In this document: piece by piece, positions 10,919 through 23,965 of the stretch
How the letters are laid out: every line of letters starts with the position of its first letter
Numbering within the stretch: position 1 is the first letter of the stretch
NCBI GenBank assembly: GCA_030704615.1
Contig: CM060734.1
Coordinates: 7,502,001-7,566,000 of the forward strand
Reading direction: 5' to 3'
From: Takakia lepidozioides
Taxonomy: Eukaryota > Plantae > Bryophyta
Length of the DNA stretch: 64,000 nucleotides
Position numbers and translations under genes: made by a program
Notes under the pieces: generated by a model
The model's database searches: none
What the model was told of the DNA's origin: nothing
The model's input: only the letters and a program-made list of their open reading frames with translations

Positions 10919-13420
10919 GGTTTTTCGTGGGGCAAATGCAACAGCTTTTGAAGAATTCCTGGAGCTGGTGAAGAGTTCCCTCCTTGCTGCTCTTGAAGGT
11001 CCGCTTTTTCCTCCTGGCTTTTTGCCTTGGTATTTGAGTAGGAGAGTTTTCGCTGTGATATGCAGAATGTTGGCTATCGCTACCAGGCATTGACTTAGTG
11101 AGGTATTTTGTGTGGTTATGACATAGTAGCTGCAGATTATTGCACACTGGATTGCCCAGATATTCCATAAGATTCTCTTGAGTCAGCTCCGATTGTGCGT
11201 ATGGTGAGGATTATGGAAGTTAAGAGTCTCAGAGATTGAAGGAAAGCAAGGATCTGGATGCCTAACAAACACCTACCAAACACTTAGAAATTGGATGAAT
11301 ACGTAATGCCTCAGTTACTCATATGCCTGTCAATTGGTGTAGTGCTTGGCTGAGTGCTTTGCCCCAGGTTTTAACTACCGTGCTTGCGTTTCTGTTAGGT
11401 CCACCTGACTATGGGGCTGGACAGCTAGACACGAAACGTTATGGGGAGCAGTATGCAAGCAAGGGTCTGGATGCAGACAAAGCTCTGCTTCCTGAGCAAA
11501 CTCCTTTCTACAAAGATTTGGTTAGTGGTACTGGGACGGAAGGCTGTTTGTTCACAACGCTTACTTGACTAGGTTTGGCTGGTACTTCATTTAACCATGT
11601 CTGGTGCCAGTGTTTCACGCATTTGTCTGCTATAAATCTGTCGAATCAAAAGTGTTTGTTACACGCTGGTGTGGCATGTGTTGTGCATTACTGTGAGGCC
11701 CAGAGTGCAGGTGGTATGCAGGATGGTAACTCATACATCTCAATATTGAACAGTGAGAGAGGACGCCAACTGAAGTCAGTGGAAAAGGAAACATCCAGGC
11801 AAGAGCCTGGCAGTGCAGTTGAATGTCTCACCTTTCTGCCTGTACCATTTGGTGCGAGGACATCACCACTATGCATGGAGGATTTAGACTGACAGATGGT
11901 TATGCATCATGACACAGGCTGCAATGGCTGTGCAAGCAGGCGTATGTGTGGTTTGCAATCACAAATGAGTACACAGACTTGGCATCCCTCAAGTATTTGA
12001 GCATTGAAAGTGGTGGTGGGCTTCTTCTGTATTCCAATACCGATGAAGCAACACTTCCACAAGACCTGTACGTTGACATGATCAAGCATTGTCCATTGCA
12101 GATAGGATGCAGTCGATGTACGCCTGTTTCACATGCAATTTACTAATTGTAACAAGCCATGTACCAAATGCTGCTACTAAAGTTCTGCAGCGAGCGATGG
12201 TTGTGTGAGACTTTATATCAAAGTCTTAGCCCAAATTCAAAAGATAAAAAGAAGGATGGTTCCGGTGTTATTTTAGGGAGAAAAGTGAACGTTGTAAGTC
12301 ATCCTTTTTGCATGTGTTAGTCATTATGTTTTGAAACAATGGAAATGATCCTTTGCAGAAATCAAATGCTCAGTCGTCCATATGCATTTGGATGTATTCT
12401 ACGTGTTCGAACCTGGCCTGAGTTCAAGCCTGCCAAAGTAGTAAGTCTCTATCCCATGCAAAGTTGCCATGTTGCTGCAATTTTCAATTTGTCAAACCAC
12501 CTTGTGAGGTAACACATAAAGATCCATGTCTGTTTTTGACAGGTTCATGTTACTGTCTTGGCAGCTTATCTTGATGTTCTATTATGAGCCTCTGGAGGGT
12601 AGATTGTTTGCTTAGTTACAAGCTTTCAACCCCAGCAAGGTGTATTTGGTGATAAGCTTCATGGGTGCCTTGTGAACACTTTGGAAGAGGAACTTTGGCA
12701 GTGCCTTGATGACCATCCTTAGAAATTTGTGGAAATCATCTGCTTGTGGTTTGTCCACAGAAGCATATGGTACAAAGTGCGTGTTATCATGTATCATGTG
12801 AGTTTGTCTTGTATCCTAGCTAAAGGAAAAACCTGTGTATGGATGGGTTGGGGTTGGGGGCTATGAATGCAGTATGGGCATTACTTTCCAGATCCTCAAT
12901 ATGAGAATGTTCAGCATATCATATGCTGTGATGCATATGCAACATATGCTTTTGATTTTGAGTTTTCCAACACAGCTGGCTTCACCCGGTGGGTACTGTG
13001 AAACTCAAACGTTGCTGGCTGTTTATTTACTTGGGGTTTAGACGGGGTTTCTCGAACAGTGCATGTCACTATTTTCTCTCTGATTGAATTCTTTCAAGTT
13101 GCTGAAGGGTTAGAAGCCTTATTAGGTTGTCCCTGTTTCAAGCATTGTTGAACATTGCTGTTTTAGGACAAGGGAGGTAAATCGTCAATGGTAGAGGACA
13201 TTGCAGTGTCCTTAATGATTGCAGCGGCTCCATGTTTATTGAATTGTCCACAACCAGCTTTAACAGTCAAGTCTCCTTTTGTAGGAATGTGGAAGCTCCA
13301 CCGGTAATGCAAGTTGCCTTCCAGTATTCAATCCTGCTTCCTCCAGACCACACTTCAAAGCAATTGGCTGGTGCTGGGAACCACAACAATGGATCATTGT
13401 CCTGTCCGGTAGCATGTAAG
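10919..13420 (+). pseudogene. Partial Sec23/Sec24-family gene (plant SEC23D-like), several exons with introns, incomplete and frameshifted
   Basis: Exons: EEFLELVKSSLLAALE (~10950); GPPDYGAGQLDTKRYGEQYASKG...TPFYKDL (11399-11520); TNEYTDLASLKYLSIESGG...TLPQDL (~11918-12067); MLSRPYAFGCILRVRT (~12360-12440); YGHYFPDPQYENVQHIICCD (~12870-12988); PPVMQVAFQYS (~13286). Confidence 0.8.
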
Positions 13421-14679
13421 TAATGAAGAACATGCATCTGTGAGGGGATGCCAGGCACACTTGCACTCATCCATACTGACTTGAAAGTGCTTTATTGTGG
13501 TCAAGGCATTACTGAGGTAAATGGCAGGGAGAACCTGTAGCAACAAAGTGAGGGGCTACAGTATGAAGAAAGCTAAAGTCTAGTGCCCCTTCGGCAGACT
13601 CCATGGAGGTATCTGCCATGGCTGTTGAGGGACCCCAGGGAATGGATGGCTTAGGAGCCCTACAACCTCCCTCGAAATGCAGTGTCCTCGCCGAAAGTAA
13701 TATACCAGTCTGGAGATGAGTTGGAATGTGCTTCACCTTGTTGGAGTGCATGATTGTAATGTATATACAATTTATTTTCTGAGAGTGCATGTGCATGCGA
13801 ACAGGTTTGTTGCGGGGGGTCATCAATAAGCTGAAACTGGAGAGAAACATAACTCCGAAGTTGCTGATGATTAGGGGAGGCCAGACAACACGGAGCCCTT
13901 CGAGCGTTACTTGATAGAAGAGCAGGATGTGGATGGCAGTGGGCTAGCGACGGGCATGGGTTTTGTATCATTTTTGGACCAAATTGCACATGATGTCATG
14001 AAGTGTATGACGTGATTGAATCTTGACACACTGGGAACTCAAATCTCTAGCTTGTCCACTTATGTGTGGCCCTCTTATAAATCATCTGGCTTACCAGTGT
14101 GTCCTAGTAGGACATATTTTCTCCCCAAGAGAGGACTGTTCACCGTTGTCACAGCCAGTAATCTTTAACATTGTTTCTGTTCTGGCGTGAAGTCAAGTTG
14201 AGGAGAGGTAATTGTAGCCCACCCAATTTGAAGTGGAATGTGACAGCCATGGATCCTAGCAAAGAATAACCGTGGGTGCAGGTGGATAGGTGGTTATTCA
14301 TGTTTCCATTTCATGCAATGTTCTTACAAGTTTTGTCCTTAGTTGGAGACTAGTGCATGGTATGGCTCTTGACATTCTGGAAAACCGACATGCAGAGTCC
14401 TCTTAAGTGTGGGATGCACAGATAAAGATGTCGCCCAGATTGTGTAGTTTCTGGCTAACAATCCCCTTCTGTATTTTACAGCAGATCCTCGCAGATCCTC
14501 CGTCCCTCTTCTCTAAGTAAAAATAATAATAAAAAAAACAAAAAGAAACAAAAAAAAACATGATCAGTGACAAATGTGATGGTCACCCCAAAGGCCGGCA
14601 CCCAATTCTTAGGAAAGAATCATGAATCATAATGGCGGGTAGGTTAGCTATAAGGGTAATGAAGCATGATGGCCAGGTC

Positions 14680-15518
14680 GCTTGGGAACTTAAGGGTTAA
14701 AGCTTACGAACCGAATCGGGTCACTTTGAATTTGCAGTTCGACCTAATTTTTGCAGATCTAATCTGATGGGGCCCACTCCTGAAGCTTTAGTGACAAGGG
14801 ATTTGTCTGGAGTATGATGCAAAAAACAAAATTAAAAAAAAACAAAAGCTACGACTTACAAAAAATATCTTAATTCTCTCATTTACGTTTTGGGGCCTGA
14901 AAAGGGCTTGTTGACCGCTGACGTGGCAGGTAAACAAGCCCAAAACAGATTGCACTCCAAAGGCCATTTTTGGCAGATAATTAGCAATTTTGGAAAAAGC
15001 GCTTCACCTTGTGGTGTGTGAGCATTACATACACACATCCACCATTGGCTTTTAAAAATTTTGTAGAAAAAAAAGTACTTCAGTTGGAGGCACATTTTCT
15101 CTTGTCAATTTTGAGATTTCAACCCCTATGTAATTGCATGCATAGCAACCATAGATGAAAAAATCAGTTGGACCTGCAATTTAGTGGGGTCATAGCCACT
15201 CCACTATTGATTTGGAAATGGTGGGTCTTGGGGCAAGCAAAATTGGATAAAGCTAGGTTTTGATTTGGTCAAACCAATTTCTTTCTCACTTTTTCCTTGG
15301 GACCTGATATTTGAGGTCCGGGGCCAACGCTATAATCTCACAATTTCCATGGTGGACTTGGCTCATTTTTGGTATGTCATGCATAACTGAGCTGGGCCCA
15401 TTGCTATAAGGCTGGAATCTCCGGATGATTTTTGGTAGGTTTCTAGGGGCAATTTACTGCAGCTGGGTACCCAAAATTGGTAAAAAATCAAAAAAGGGCT
15501 TGGGAACTTAAGGGTTAA
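14680..15518. mobile_element. Possible piggyBac-like non-autonomous remnant (two copies of one terminus in direct orientation)
   Basis: GCTTGGGAACTTAAGGGTTAA at 14680-14700 and ~15499-15518. AGGG-TTAA resembles a piggyBac end plus target. No opposite terminus seen. Confidence 0.3.
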
Positions 15519-17169
15519 GGGTAATAAATCATGGCGGCTGGTAGTGACTCATCGATAGCTACTTGCCGTGAGGGAAAAAATGTGGGAAGTGGGCAGACCT
15601 GCATGAAGCCTGTGTGAGGCAATGTTCAGATCACTATATGTGTTGAATGTAGTTCCTGAGATGTGAAGCAGACCTGTTTCTGTTCAAACTATCTCTTTCT
15701 TGATGAGTGCTTGTGTTGATTTAGATAGAGGAAGTCACACAGACTGGAGCGAGTTCCAGTGAACAGCAGAGATAATGTGAGATGACATAATTCTATCGTC
15801 ATTACATGTGGAGGGAATGTTGTGTAGCTTGCTTGGGTCCGTTTACCGCTATCATATAAATTTGAGTGCAGCACACTTGATTTCAGCAAGTAGGTGAGAC
15901 ATTGATCATGAATGAGCAATCACAGCTGGTTGATAGGTTCTCACTTTAGGAAGTCATGAGCTGTGATACCACCTGAGGAAACTACATAGATTATGAGAGT
16001 AACTTCAAGGAAATAGGGGTGTTGTCCATCTCTGTTTGTGTTACTGATGGAATGAAGATGCAGGCTACTCCAGTGATGATCTCGAACAAGGACCAACGGG
16101 GCAAACTCTGAAGTGATGAACATTGGAAGGTAGGACAAATTGCAGAAGGGAATTGCAGAAGGGAGTGGGATTGCTTGAGAGACTTTTACTTATCATGGGC
16201 TGGTGAGAGGAGTCGGGTAGGCAATTGCGAGAGTGTGCCAGAATCAGAAATTGAAGGAAGTAATCAAGGTACTGGATAGGGAGAGTCTTAACATCACTAA
16301 AGCTAACTCATGTTGCATCGTGGCTGTGGTGTGTTGAACAGAAAGTATGATCTGGCGCATGCAATCACACTTGTTCACAAGTAAGTAGAAGGAATGTGAA
16401 TCATTAGCTGGATCTGTGCTTTCTCTTCCGCTGCAGCATAGGTGTCCGCCAAGCATGTTCTCTGGTCATAGTCAGTTAAGGATATAACAAAGGGGATAAG
16501 GCCCCTTTCTTTTCACACTACAGTGCTGTTCAATGGCGTTGAGGTCTAAGGTGGCACTTTCAAGTCCGTCACCTGAAGCCTTTCTGCGTGCAGAATGGTG
16601 ACCACGCAGCCCGATTGCTTGAGGGAAGACATTTAGGAAAATGTTTAGGAAATTCTTTGACCTCGCAGCCCGATTTTCGCTCTGATGTAAATTTGTCTGC
16701 AGGTTGGAGATGATCTGAACCCCACTGCGATGACTACGATCGTGCTCGACAGATTTGCTAATTACTAATTACTGCAGTAATAAACTCCATTCAGTAACTA
16801 GATGCAGGTAATTCTCTTTGATAATGTAATTCAGGGGGAAGAACTTAAACTACCCTAAGTACTTTAAGACGATATATATGTAATATCATACCATATCGCA
16901 CATTGTGTATTTGTACATGTATCTCCCTTGCAGAAGAGAACCTGTGGTCTAATTCGTGGGGTCTAATCAGGAGGTCTAAGCATGTTTCGTAGTCAAAGCC
17001 GAGGTGCTGTAAGCTCCTCCGTAAGACGGAGGCTTGTAGTGCCTGATGTTATTGAAGCAGGTCTTGGCAACAGCGACCAACAGTCAGGAAATGCAGAAGG
17101 GACAGAGGTACCAGAGAGCACAGGTATGAAGTAACATTGGTCCTGTATTTTCATTTACCTGCAAGCTTC

Positions 17170-17418
17170 CAATTAGCATCTATTGATTCCGAATTTTGTG
17201 AACGTGCAGATGTTCGTGATGACCAGAGGTGTCTCAATGCTCAGGAACGAATGTTGCTTCAAAGTTTGAAACAAGCTGCAGATAAGCACAAGAAGCAGAT
17301 TACAACATTGAACAACAGTGTGCTGCTGGCACTGGAAATTACCAAGACTCTTCAGAAGAAAATGAGGCATGTTGCAAGGAACCTCATTCTTGGATTTAGT
17401 GCGACGAGCTCGGTGTAA
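17170..17418 (+). pseudogene. Fragment of an unknown coiled-coil gene family (paralog of 50717-51770)
   Basis: DQRCLNAQERMLLQSLK...LALEITKTL-QKKMRHVARNLILGF aligns with DQRTLNAQERMQLQSLK...LALEFTKSL...KKMAAIARNLILGF. Confidence 0.75.
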
Positions 17419-18162
17419 CCGGGGTGGGACGCTGCGGCATTCAACACTTGAATCTCAAGAGATCACAACAGAATGCAACAAATTGGGATACTTGAGGACA
17501 AATTGCATATTTACAAAGTGCATGATACTTCCCCCATCACCTTATGAGCGCTGCTACTTCATGAATAAGAAAGATTGCAGGCAAACACAGCAGTAGGTCA
17601 TTTGCCAGTGAGGGAAATGGAAGAGCTTGCCGCCATCTCGCAAGAAAAACAAAATGCACGCGGATCGTGATGCTCGAGCACTCAGCTCAGCCGCCATCGC
17701 CATCCTCCAGAGAAAACAAGCACGAGTATCGTGTCGTCCTTAGGACAGAGAGGCGGTTAGCAAACCATCTCGTGATTTCATCCACTGGGACGAAATTTTG
17801 CACTTCATTAGAGTTACATCCGCTTAGGTTTACATCCGTTAGGGTAACATCCAGGATGGATGTTATCCGTCATGGATGAAGAATTACAGGCTACATCCTT
17901 AGTGGTAAAGCTCAAGATAATAATTCATCCAGTTAGGGATTATACCTGACATATTTTTTATCCGGTATGGATGAAATTCAAAACATATTCCATTAGGGAT
18001 TAGAAAGAAGGTATTTCCAAACCAGGTAGGCTTAGGAAAAAACCCCAAACAGATAATTGGAGAGAGGGGTAGATGTTATCGTGCACCTAAGCATCGTGCC
18101 ACAACATACATCGCTGTCTACCATACATTCTAAGCACACAATCCTAGAAAACTATGCCACAA

Positions 18163-18627
18163 TGATAATGAAAAGTGAACACAATGGAAACACTCCACTC
18201 ATGAATCCACTCATGAATCCACTCAATCACATAAACTAAGTCAAACCAAGGGCACCCTTGCTAAGGGAATCCACCCTACAAAGCCCTCACCACACTCCAT
18301 CTCAATACCTAGAGCTATGGAGGTGGGAGAGACTCATGGAGGCTCAACTACAAGAAGATGAACCCTCCTTGACACTCTCAAGGGGAAAACCATCCCCATG
18401 TCCCAAGTGAGGTTTGACACCTCACTTGGCATGTGAGACCAAATGAAGTCCCAACACACAAAATACATATATAAATATCCAAAATGTCCTAGTTAACTAG
18501 AAGTAGGTAATTCTAGTTAACCATGACTAAAATCATGACAACTGTCGTGCACCTAAGCATCGTGCCACAACATACATCGCTGTCTACCATACATTCTAAG
18601 CACACAATCTTAGAAAACTATGCCACA
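18163..18627 (-). repeat. Complete 3' LTR (B1 + A2), 465 bp, TG...CA
   Basis: Starts TGATAATG and ends GCCACA on +. Abutted by minus-strand purine tract AGGAGGGCGA. Its B part matches 29491-29857. Confidence 0.8.
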
Positions 18628-18884
18628 ATCGCCCTCCTGGCTGGTGATTAGGTCCCTCTAACACCGGAGAGCTGACAAGTATCCATCTCATTAAGATCAT
18701 CGCTTGGTCTTCAATCGCACATGCCCCAATTTTCTAAAGTATATGGATCAAGAGGCCGGGTGCAACGAGAGCCCTATCGTTAGTCGCCTGCTTGTAATCC
18801 ATGATCTTCAATTGAGTATCCATGGCGTTGAGCTCCCACCAGCTAAACTTGGATCACTTGTCAACTATACCATTGTCATGCCCA

Positions 18885-21800
18885 CTACCTATGGCCAAGG
18901 CATCGTGGACACAACCATTCTCCACTAGGAACCTTCTCAAGTGGCGGTGTCAAGCATCCCATGTGCCACCCCCTTGAGCATTTGTCACACACCAACATGG
19001 TTGCGGCACCACCAGCATGCCGACATAGCATGCAACGTAACCCTGCAGGTACCACTGCAAGGTGGGATCTATCCTCCCATCTACATGTGGAAGGTGACAT
19101 GGCGCACAATTGCGCACATGGTCCTTCCATACCATGCCATCTCGACCCTCCAGAATCAACACTCCTGATCAAGGCAACACCTCCCGGACCTTTAGAATCA
19201 CACGTCCTGCTGTGACATCCAAAGTCGTAGGCGCTGTCTGCTGCAGATACACATAGTCCCCAGGGTGAAAACGCCGAACACCTGGCCGATATCCCCCTCC
19301 ACGTATAATGACGTACCTCAATGTGTCTCGGTGTTGGGCAATAGCAAGGTTCTCAAAAGCCATAGGCATGACTCTTTTGAACAACTTTGCCCGCTGGGCA
19401 CATGCTTATGTCCACACATTCGGATCATCAAAATTGAGGACTACTGCAGTCTCCCTGCGAATAGATGCAGGCAAATCTGGCTCTCGGCCAAAGAGAAGGA
19501 AATAAGGCGAGAACGAGGCAAGTGATGATTGTTTGCTAAACTTGTAGCCCATGGCCAACCAAGGTAGCTGAAGGTCTCAATCTCCCAAGTGTCCTTTTTG
19601 TAAGCCATACTTGCGCAAGCCTCGCTTGACTGTTTGTACAACCCTCTCTGCCAGGCCATCAGCCTCGGGATGATCCCGAGAAGTAGTGCGGTGGTCTATC
19701 AAGGCTTGCTTACACAAAGCCTGAAACTCCCCCAAGAATTCTCTCTCCTGGTCCGTGAGTACCTCGGCTGAAGCACCAAATTGGCTAAGCACTCGATCTA
19801 AGAATGCATCCGCAGCCCCCTCACTTGCCTTGTCAGGCAATGCCACCAGTTCAATCCACTTGGAGAAAAGTTCCACCATCACCAGCACATACTTGTTATG
19901 GCGAATCGTTAGTGACAATGGGCCTGCGAAGTCAAGACTCCAACGATAGCCCAAACCCATAATGGGTAAATGATGCAATTGTGGAGTAGGTGCATTGAAA
20001 GAAGCTCGCAGTCTATCACACACCATGCACCTTGCCACTAACTGTTGCACATTCGTGTGCATGCCCCGCCATCAGTACTGTCCTTGCAGCAAACTATGAG
20101 TGCGCCGCACCCCAAAATGTCCAAACTCCTCATGGGCATGGCGTACCAATCGCGCTCGTTGTGTTGGATGAGGCACAATCCTCACTCGTCCATCCTCCCA
20201 TACTCGGAGTAGGTGAGTCCCCTCCCACTTGACCCTCTTGGCTCGTTGTAGGATCCGATCTCTTTCCTTAGCAGTCATACTGGCTGTTGTCTCTCCTGTA
20301 CGAAGGTAGGCCAACACTGCTGCATCTTCATGCACATCCTTAGCACCACCAAGCTTCTCACTGATCTCTGGATTGTCATGCACACCATCTACATGACCAA
20401 TGCTATGGGATGGACCAGCTTGAGCTCCCATTGCTAGGATGCACAAAAAGGCAAATGCATGCCATCCTGACACCATCTCCTCATCCGTCTCACCATGCTA
20501 CCGAGCTCCAGTATCATCATGCTTGCTCATGCATGGATTACGACTCAACCCATCTGCATCCCGATTGATTATACCGGCTCGATGCACCACCTGGAAGTCG
20601 TACTCTTGAAGCATAAGTGCCCACCGTGCAAGCTTCCCTGTAAGTTTGTCTGACTCTATCAACCACTTCAATGGTTGGTGATCCGTGACAAGGGTGAAGA
20701 GGTTGCCATAGAGGTAGCATCTGAAATGTGCCACTGCCCATACCGCAGCTAAACACTCCCCTTTATATGAGCTATACTTCACCTCGGCATCATTGTTCGA
20801 GCGGCTGACATATGCCACCACGAAGTCTCTTCCCTCGTCATCCACCTGTGTGAGCACTGCTCCAATTTCCATCATACTCCAATCCGTATATAGCTGGAAA
20901 TGCCGCCCCCGAATAGGCCGCCTCAGAATAGGTGCAGAAATCAATCGAGCCTTGAGTTCCTCAAAGGCTTCCTCCTGCTCCTCTTCCCACTGCCACTCCT
21001 GACCCACCTTGGTCAACTTGGTAAGAGCCTTTGCAATGCTGTTAAATCCTTTGACAAACCGTCGATAGTAGTTTGCCAACCCCATGAAAGCACGAACTCT
21101 GCTAACATCTATGGGGCGTGGAATGCGTGCAATGGCCTCACCTTTGTATTTTGAATACCCAATCCTCCAAGGTATATCATGTGGCCCAGATACTCAATCT
21201 GGTTGTGGAAGAACTTGCACTTCCCAGGGTGCAATTTCAACCTATGCGCTCTCAAGCGCTCAAACACCACCTGAAGATGTCTCTCATGCTCCTCAACCGT
21301 AGCATTAAAGACGATGATGTCATCAATGTAACACCGGACAAAGTCTAGCCCCGCGAGAATCTTATCCATAACCCTCTGAAACTCTGCAGGAGCCGCTCTT
21401 CAACCCAAACGGTAGGAACCGCCATTGGTACAAGCAATCCTTCCCATGTTGGTCAATCCCCCAGAATGTTGTCTTTTGCTTGTCAGCCTTTTTGATTGGC
21501 AACTGGTGGGAACAGGATCGCAAGTCCAATGTGCTAAACACCTTTGCATGCCCAATGGCATCAAAGATCTCCTCTGGAGTTGGCATGGCATATCTATCGG
21601 ACTTAGTATGACGATTCACAGGACGATAGTCCCCACACATCCTTTTTTCTGTCCAATTGCCATAGATATCCTTCTTAGCTGGCATTACCGTTGCCGAGGC
21701 ATACTCCCCGCCTGACAACTCCACCAATCCAGCTTCGAACAGCTCCATAGTCCGTGACTGGATCAATGACCTCTAGGCTCTCCATGTCACTATACCGGTA

Positions 21801-22000
21801 GGGCCTTTGAAAAATTGGCATGTCACTTGCCAAATCAATACGAATCTCCTGGCCCTTCAAACTCCCCAAATCCTTCAAACCGAAGGCAAAGCAATTTCTA
21901 TAAGCCCTTAGAAATCGTTGGATCCTCCGTCTCTCTCCTCTGATGACTGTAGGTCCAACATCTGGTTCCCAGTTGTCCTTTATGACTGCAACCTTGGGTA
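18885..22000 (-). pseudogene. Ty3/gypsy pol: RT, RNase H, integrase and C-terminal PHD finger, with multiple frameshifts
   Basis: RMCGDYRPVN, FSTLDL, YIDDII (RT). FQLYTDWS, GECLAAVWAV, LVTDHQPL, ADGLSR (RNase H). HEEFGHFG...CMVC, WSLDFAGP, LTDQ..EF, DGLAERVV (integrase). CMLC...LVCDKCSRGWHMGCL...WLCPRC (PHD, C4HC3). Confidence 0.95.
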
Positions 22001-22489
22001 CACCAGGCTTGGAGGTAGGAGACGCATCTTTTGTTGCTAGATAACAACCTCTTGGGCCTTATCCGCCCACCCTGACCGTGGCGTAACCTCAACTTGGGTT
22101 TAGAGGGGGTCATATTACCGTGGAAGCGTATATTTTGGAAGAAGAGGTGAACACGGCAAAACATGGCAAACACGATATATTGAGTCCCCTTTAGAAGCAT
22201 GACGATCGACCCAATTCCCCCTAGCCCTACTTCGTCAACCCCAAGCACTCCCATCCCAAGCACTTCACACAGCTGGTCCCACCCTCCACCAGCCCCAAAC
22301 GCTCCACCTCGAAGACGAGCCCCAAGCCGCGATTCCACCTGGCCCCACTCTCACCAAGCCCCAACCTTATGTGGTCACTGTTCCTATAAGTATACTCCTG
22401 CAGTAGCCACACCCACTAGTGAGTTGCTTTTCAACCCACCGACAATAGTAGAACTATCTAGAAAGTAGAACTCTCTAGAAAGTCAATTA

Positions 22490-23965
22490 GTGAACTAGGG
22501 GAGATGGCTATACCAACTCTGGCCCGCGCGTAGCGAGTTTAACGGGTTCTGGACCTAGCTGGCGGGTCCGGGTCCGGTTTTAAAATGAACCCGGGTTAGG
22601 GTCCAAGTTTTTGGTGATGGCACGGGTCCGGATCCGGATAGGTAACCCGGATCCTAACCAGGGTTTTTTTAGGGATTTTGAAAACGGGTAGGAGTGGCTA
22701 TATATATTGGGTGTAGGGTAGTGGCCCACTCTAGGTAATTTTCCTCGAATTGGTAGGCTACATGTATTTCCACCCTTGCCATATTTTGCGAATCAAATGG
22801 ATGTTGATGAGCAATAGAAGGTGAAGTACAGAAATAGTTGAAAGCCGTATAGTTCTCGCAAGACTGGCGACGAGCATCTCCTTGAGAAACGGAGGAGGCC
22901 CCACAATCCTAAACCCACTCCTCATCTGGCCCGTCAGATCATCCTACATGGGGCCCCGCCATGGCTACATCTGTGCTGCCCCCGTGGGTCCACAGACGAG
23001 GATTTTTTTGAGACCCCCAGTTTTTGGCGAAAACTGCCTTATTTGGACCTCTTTTTCCCTTTGTTTCATTCGCCAAAGGGATTTTCAGGCGACCAAATGG
23101 TGAAAAATCGCCAATAAAAAAAACGCTGACCCTAACCCGCCGGGTACCCGGAGTGAAAATCCAGACCCGCACAACACTGTCGTCGATGTCGTCAATGATC
23201 ATCCTGAAATCATGATCATGAAAAAATTGAGTGTGTTGACGCACTCAGTTCAGGGGGGGGGGGGGGGGGTGGAGTTTTTTTTTTTTTCCCCCCAAAACCT
23301 GCCGGGTACCCGGGGTGAAAATCCAGATCCGCACCTGTCGTCGATCATCATCCTGAAATCATGATCATGAAGAAATTGAGTGTGTTGACGCACTCAGTTC
23401 TCCCGGGGGGGGGGGGGGGGGGGGAACAAATTTTTATTTATTTATTTTTCCCTCCCCCCCCCCCCCCCAACGCAGAACTGAGTGTATCAACGCACTCAAT
23501 TTCTTCATGATCATGAATTCACGATGATCGTCGACAACATCTACCCAAATGCCAAGGGGGGGCGAAAAGAAAAGAAAAGAAAAGAAAAGATCTCATCTGC
23601 CTAATGCTTGCTTAATTCCCAGCCCTGTTTCCTTCCACGAACATGGCAGTTCGCTAAGGGTTAGGGTTAGGGTTTGAGGTTCCGATTTGCACTGTTTCCC
23701 TAGCTTGCCGTGTTTGCCGTGTTTCTGCGGTAATGACGTCAACTTAATTCCCAGCTTGTTTTCCTTCACGAACATGGCAGTACGCTAAGGGTTAGGGTTA
23801 GGGTTTGCCGTGTTTGTCGATTTGCCGTATTTCCGTGGTAATGGGTGCTCAACCATGGAAATACACCCTGCATCTTCCCCCTATTCTCGTGCGACGTGGA
23901 CTGGGCTCACGTCAGGCTCTTGGGCTCACAGACTCCTGGGTTCGCGTGGCTAGGCTCACACTCTA
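22490..23965. mobile_element. Non-coding insertion interrupting the gypsy protease region; composite of direct and inverted repeats
   Basis: The protease ORF stops resembling protease after VLLDSGAQPLMLG. ACCCG/CGGGT-rich start. Direct repeats at ~23139-23251 and 23302-23400 with an inverted copy at ~23475-23540. Poly-G/poly-C tracts. Duplicated unit containing GGTTAGGGTTAGGGTTT. Boundaries approximate. Confidence 0.55.

Noticed and set aside
18630-18873. Degenerate chromodomain before the PPT
   Set aside because: Only faint hints across different frames (KIMDYK, IEDQA); too decayed to call.
23655-23806. Telomere or interstitial telomeric array (similar short motifs at ~6575, ~10827, ~40530)
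   Set aside because: Only 2-3 units each; consistent with telo-boxes or transposon motifs.
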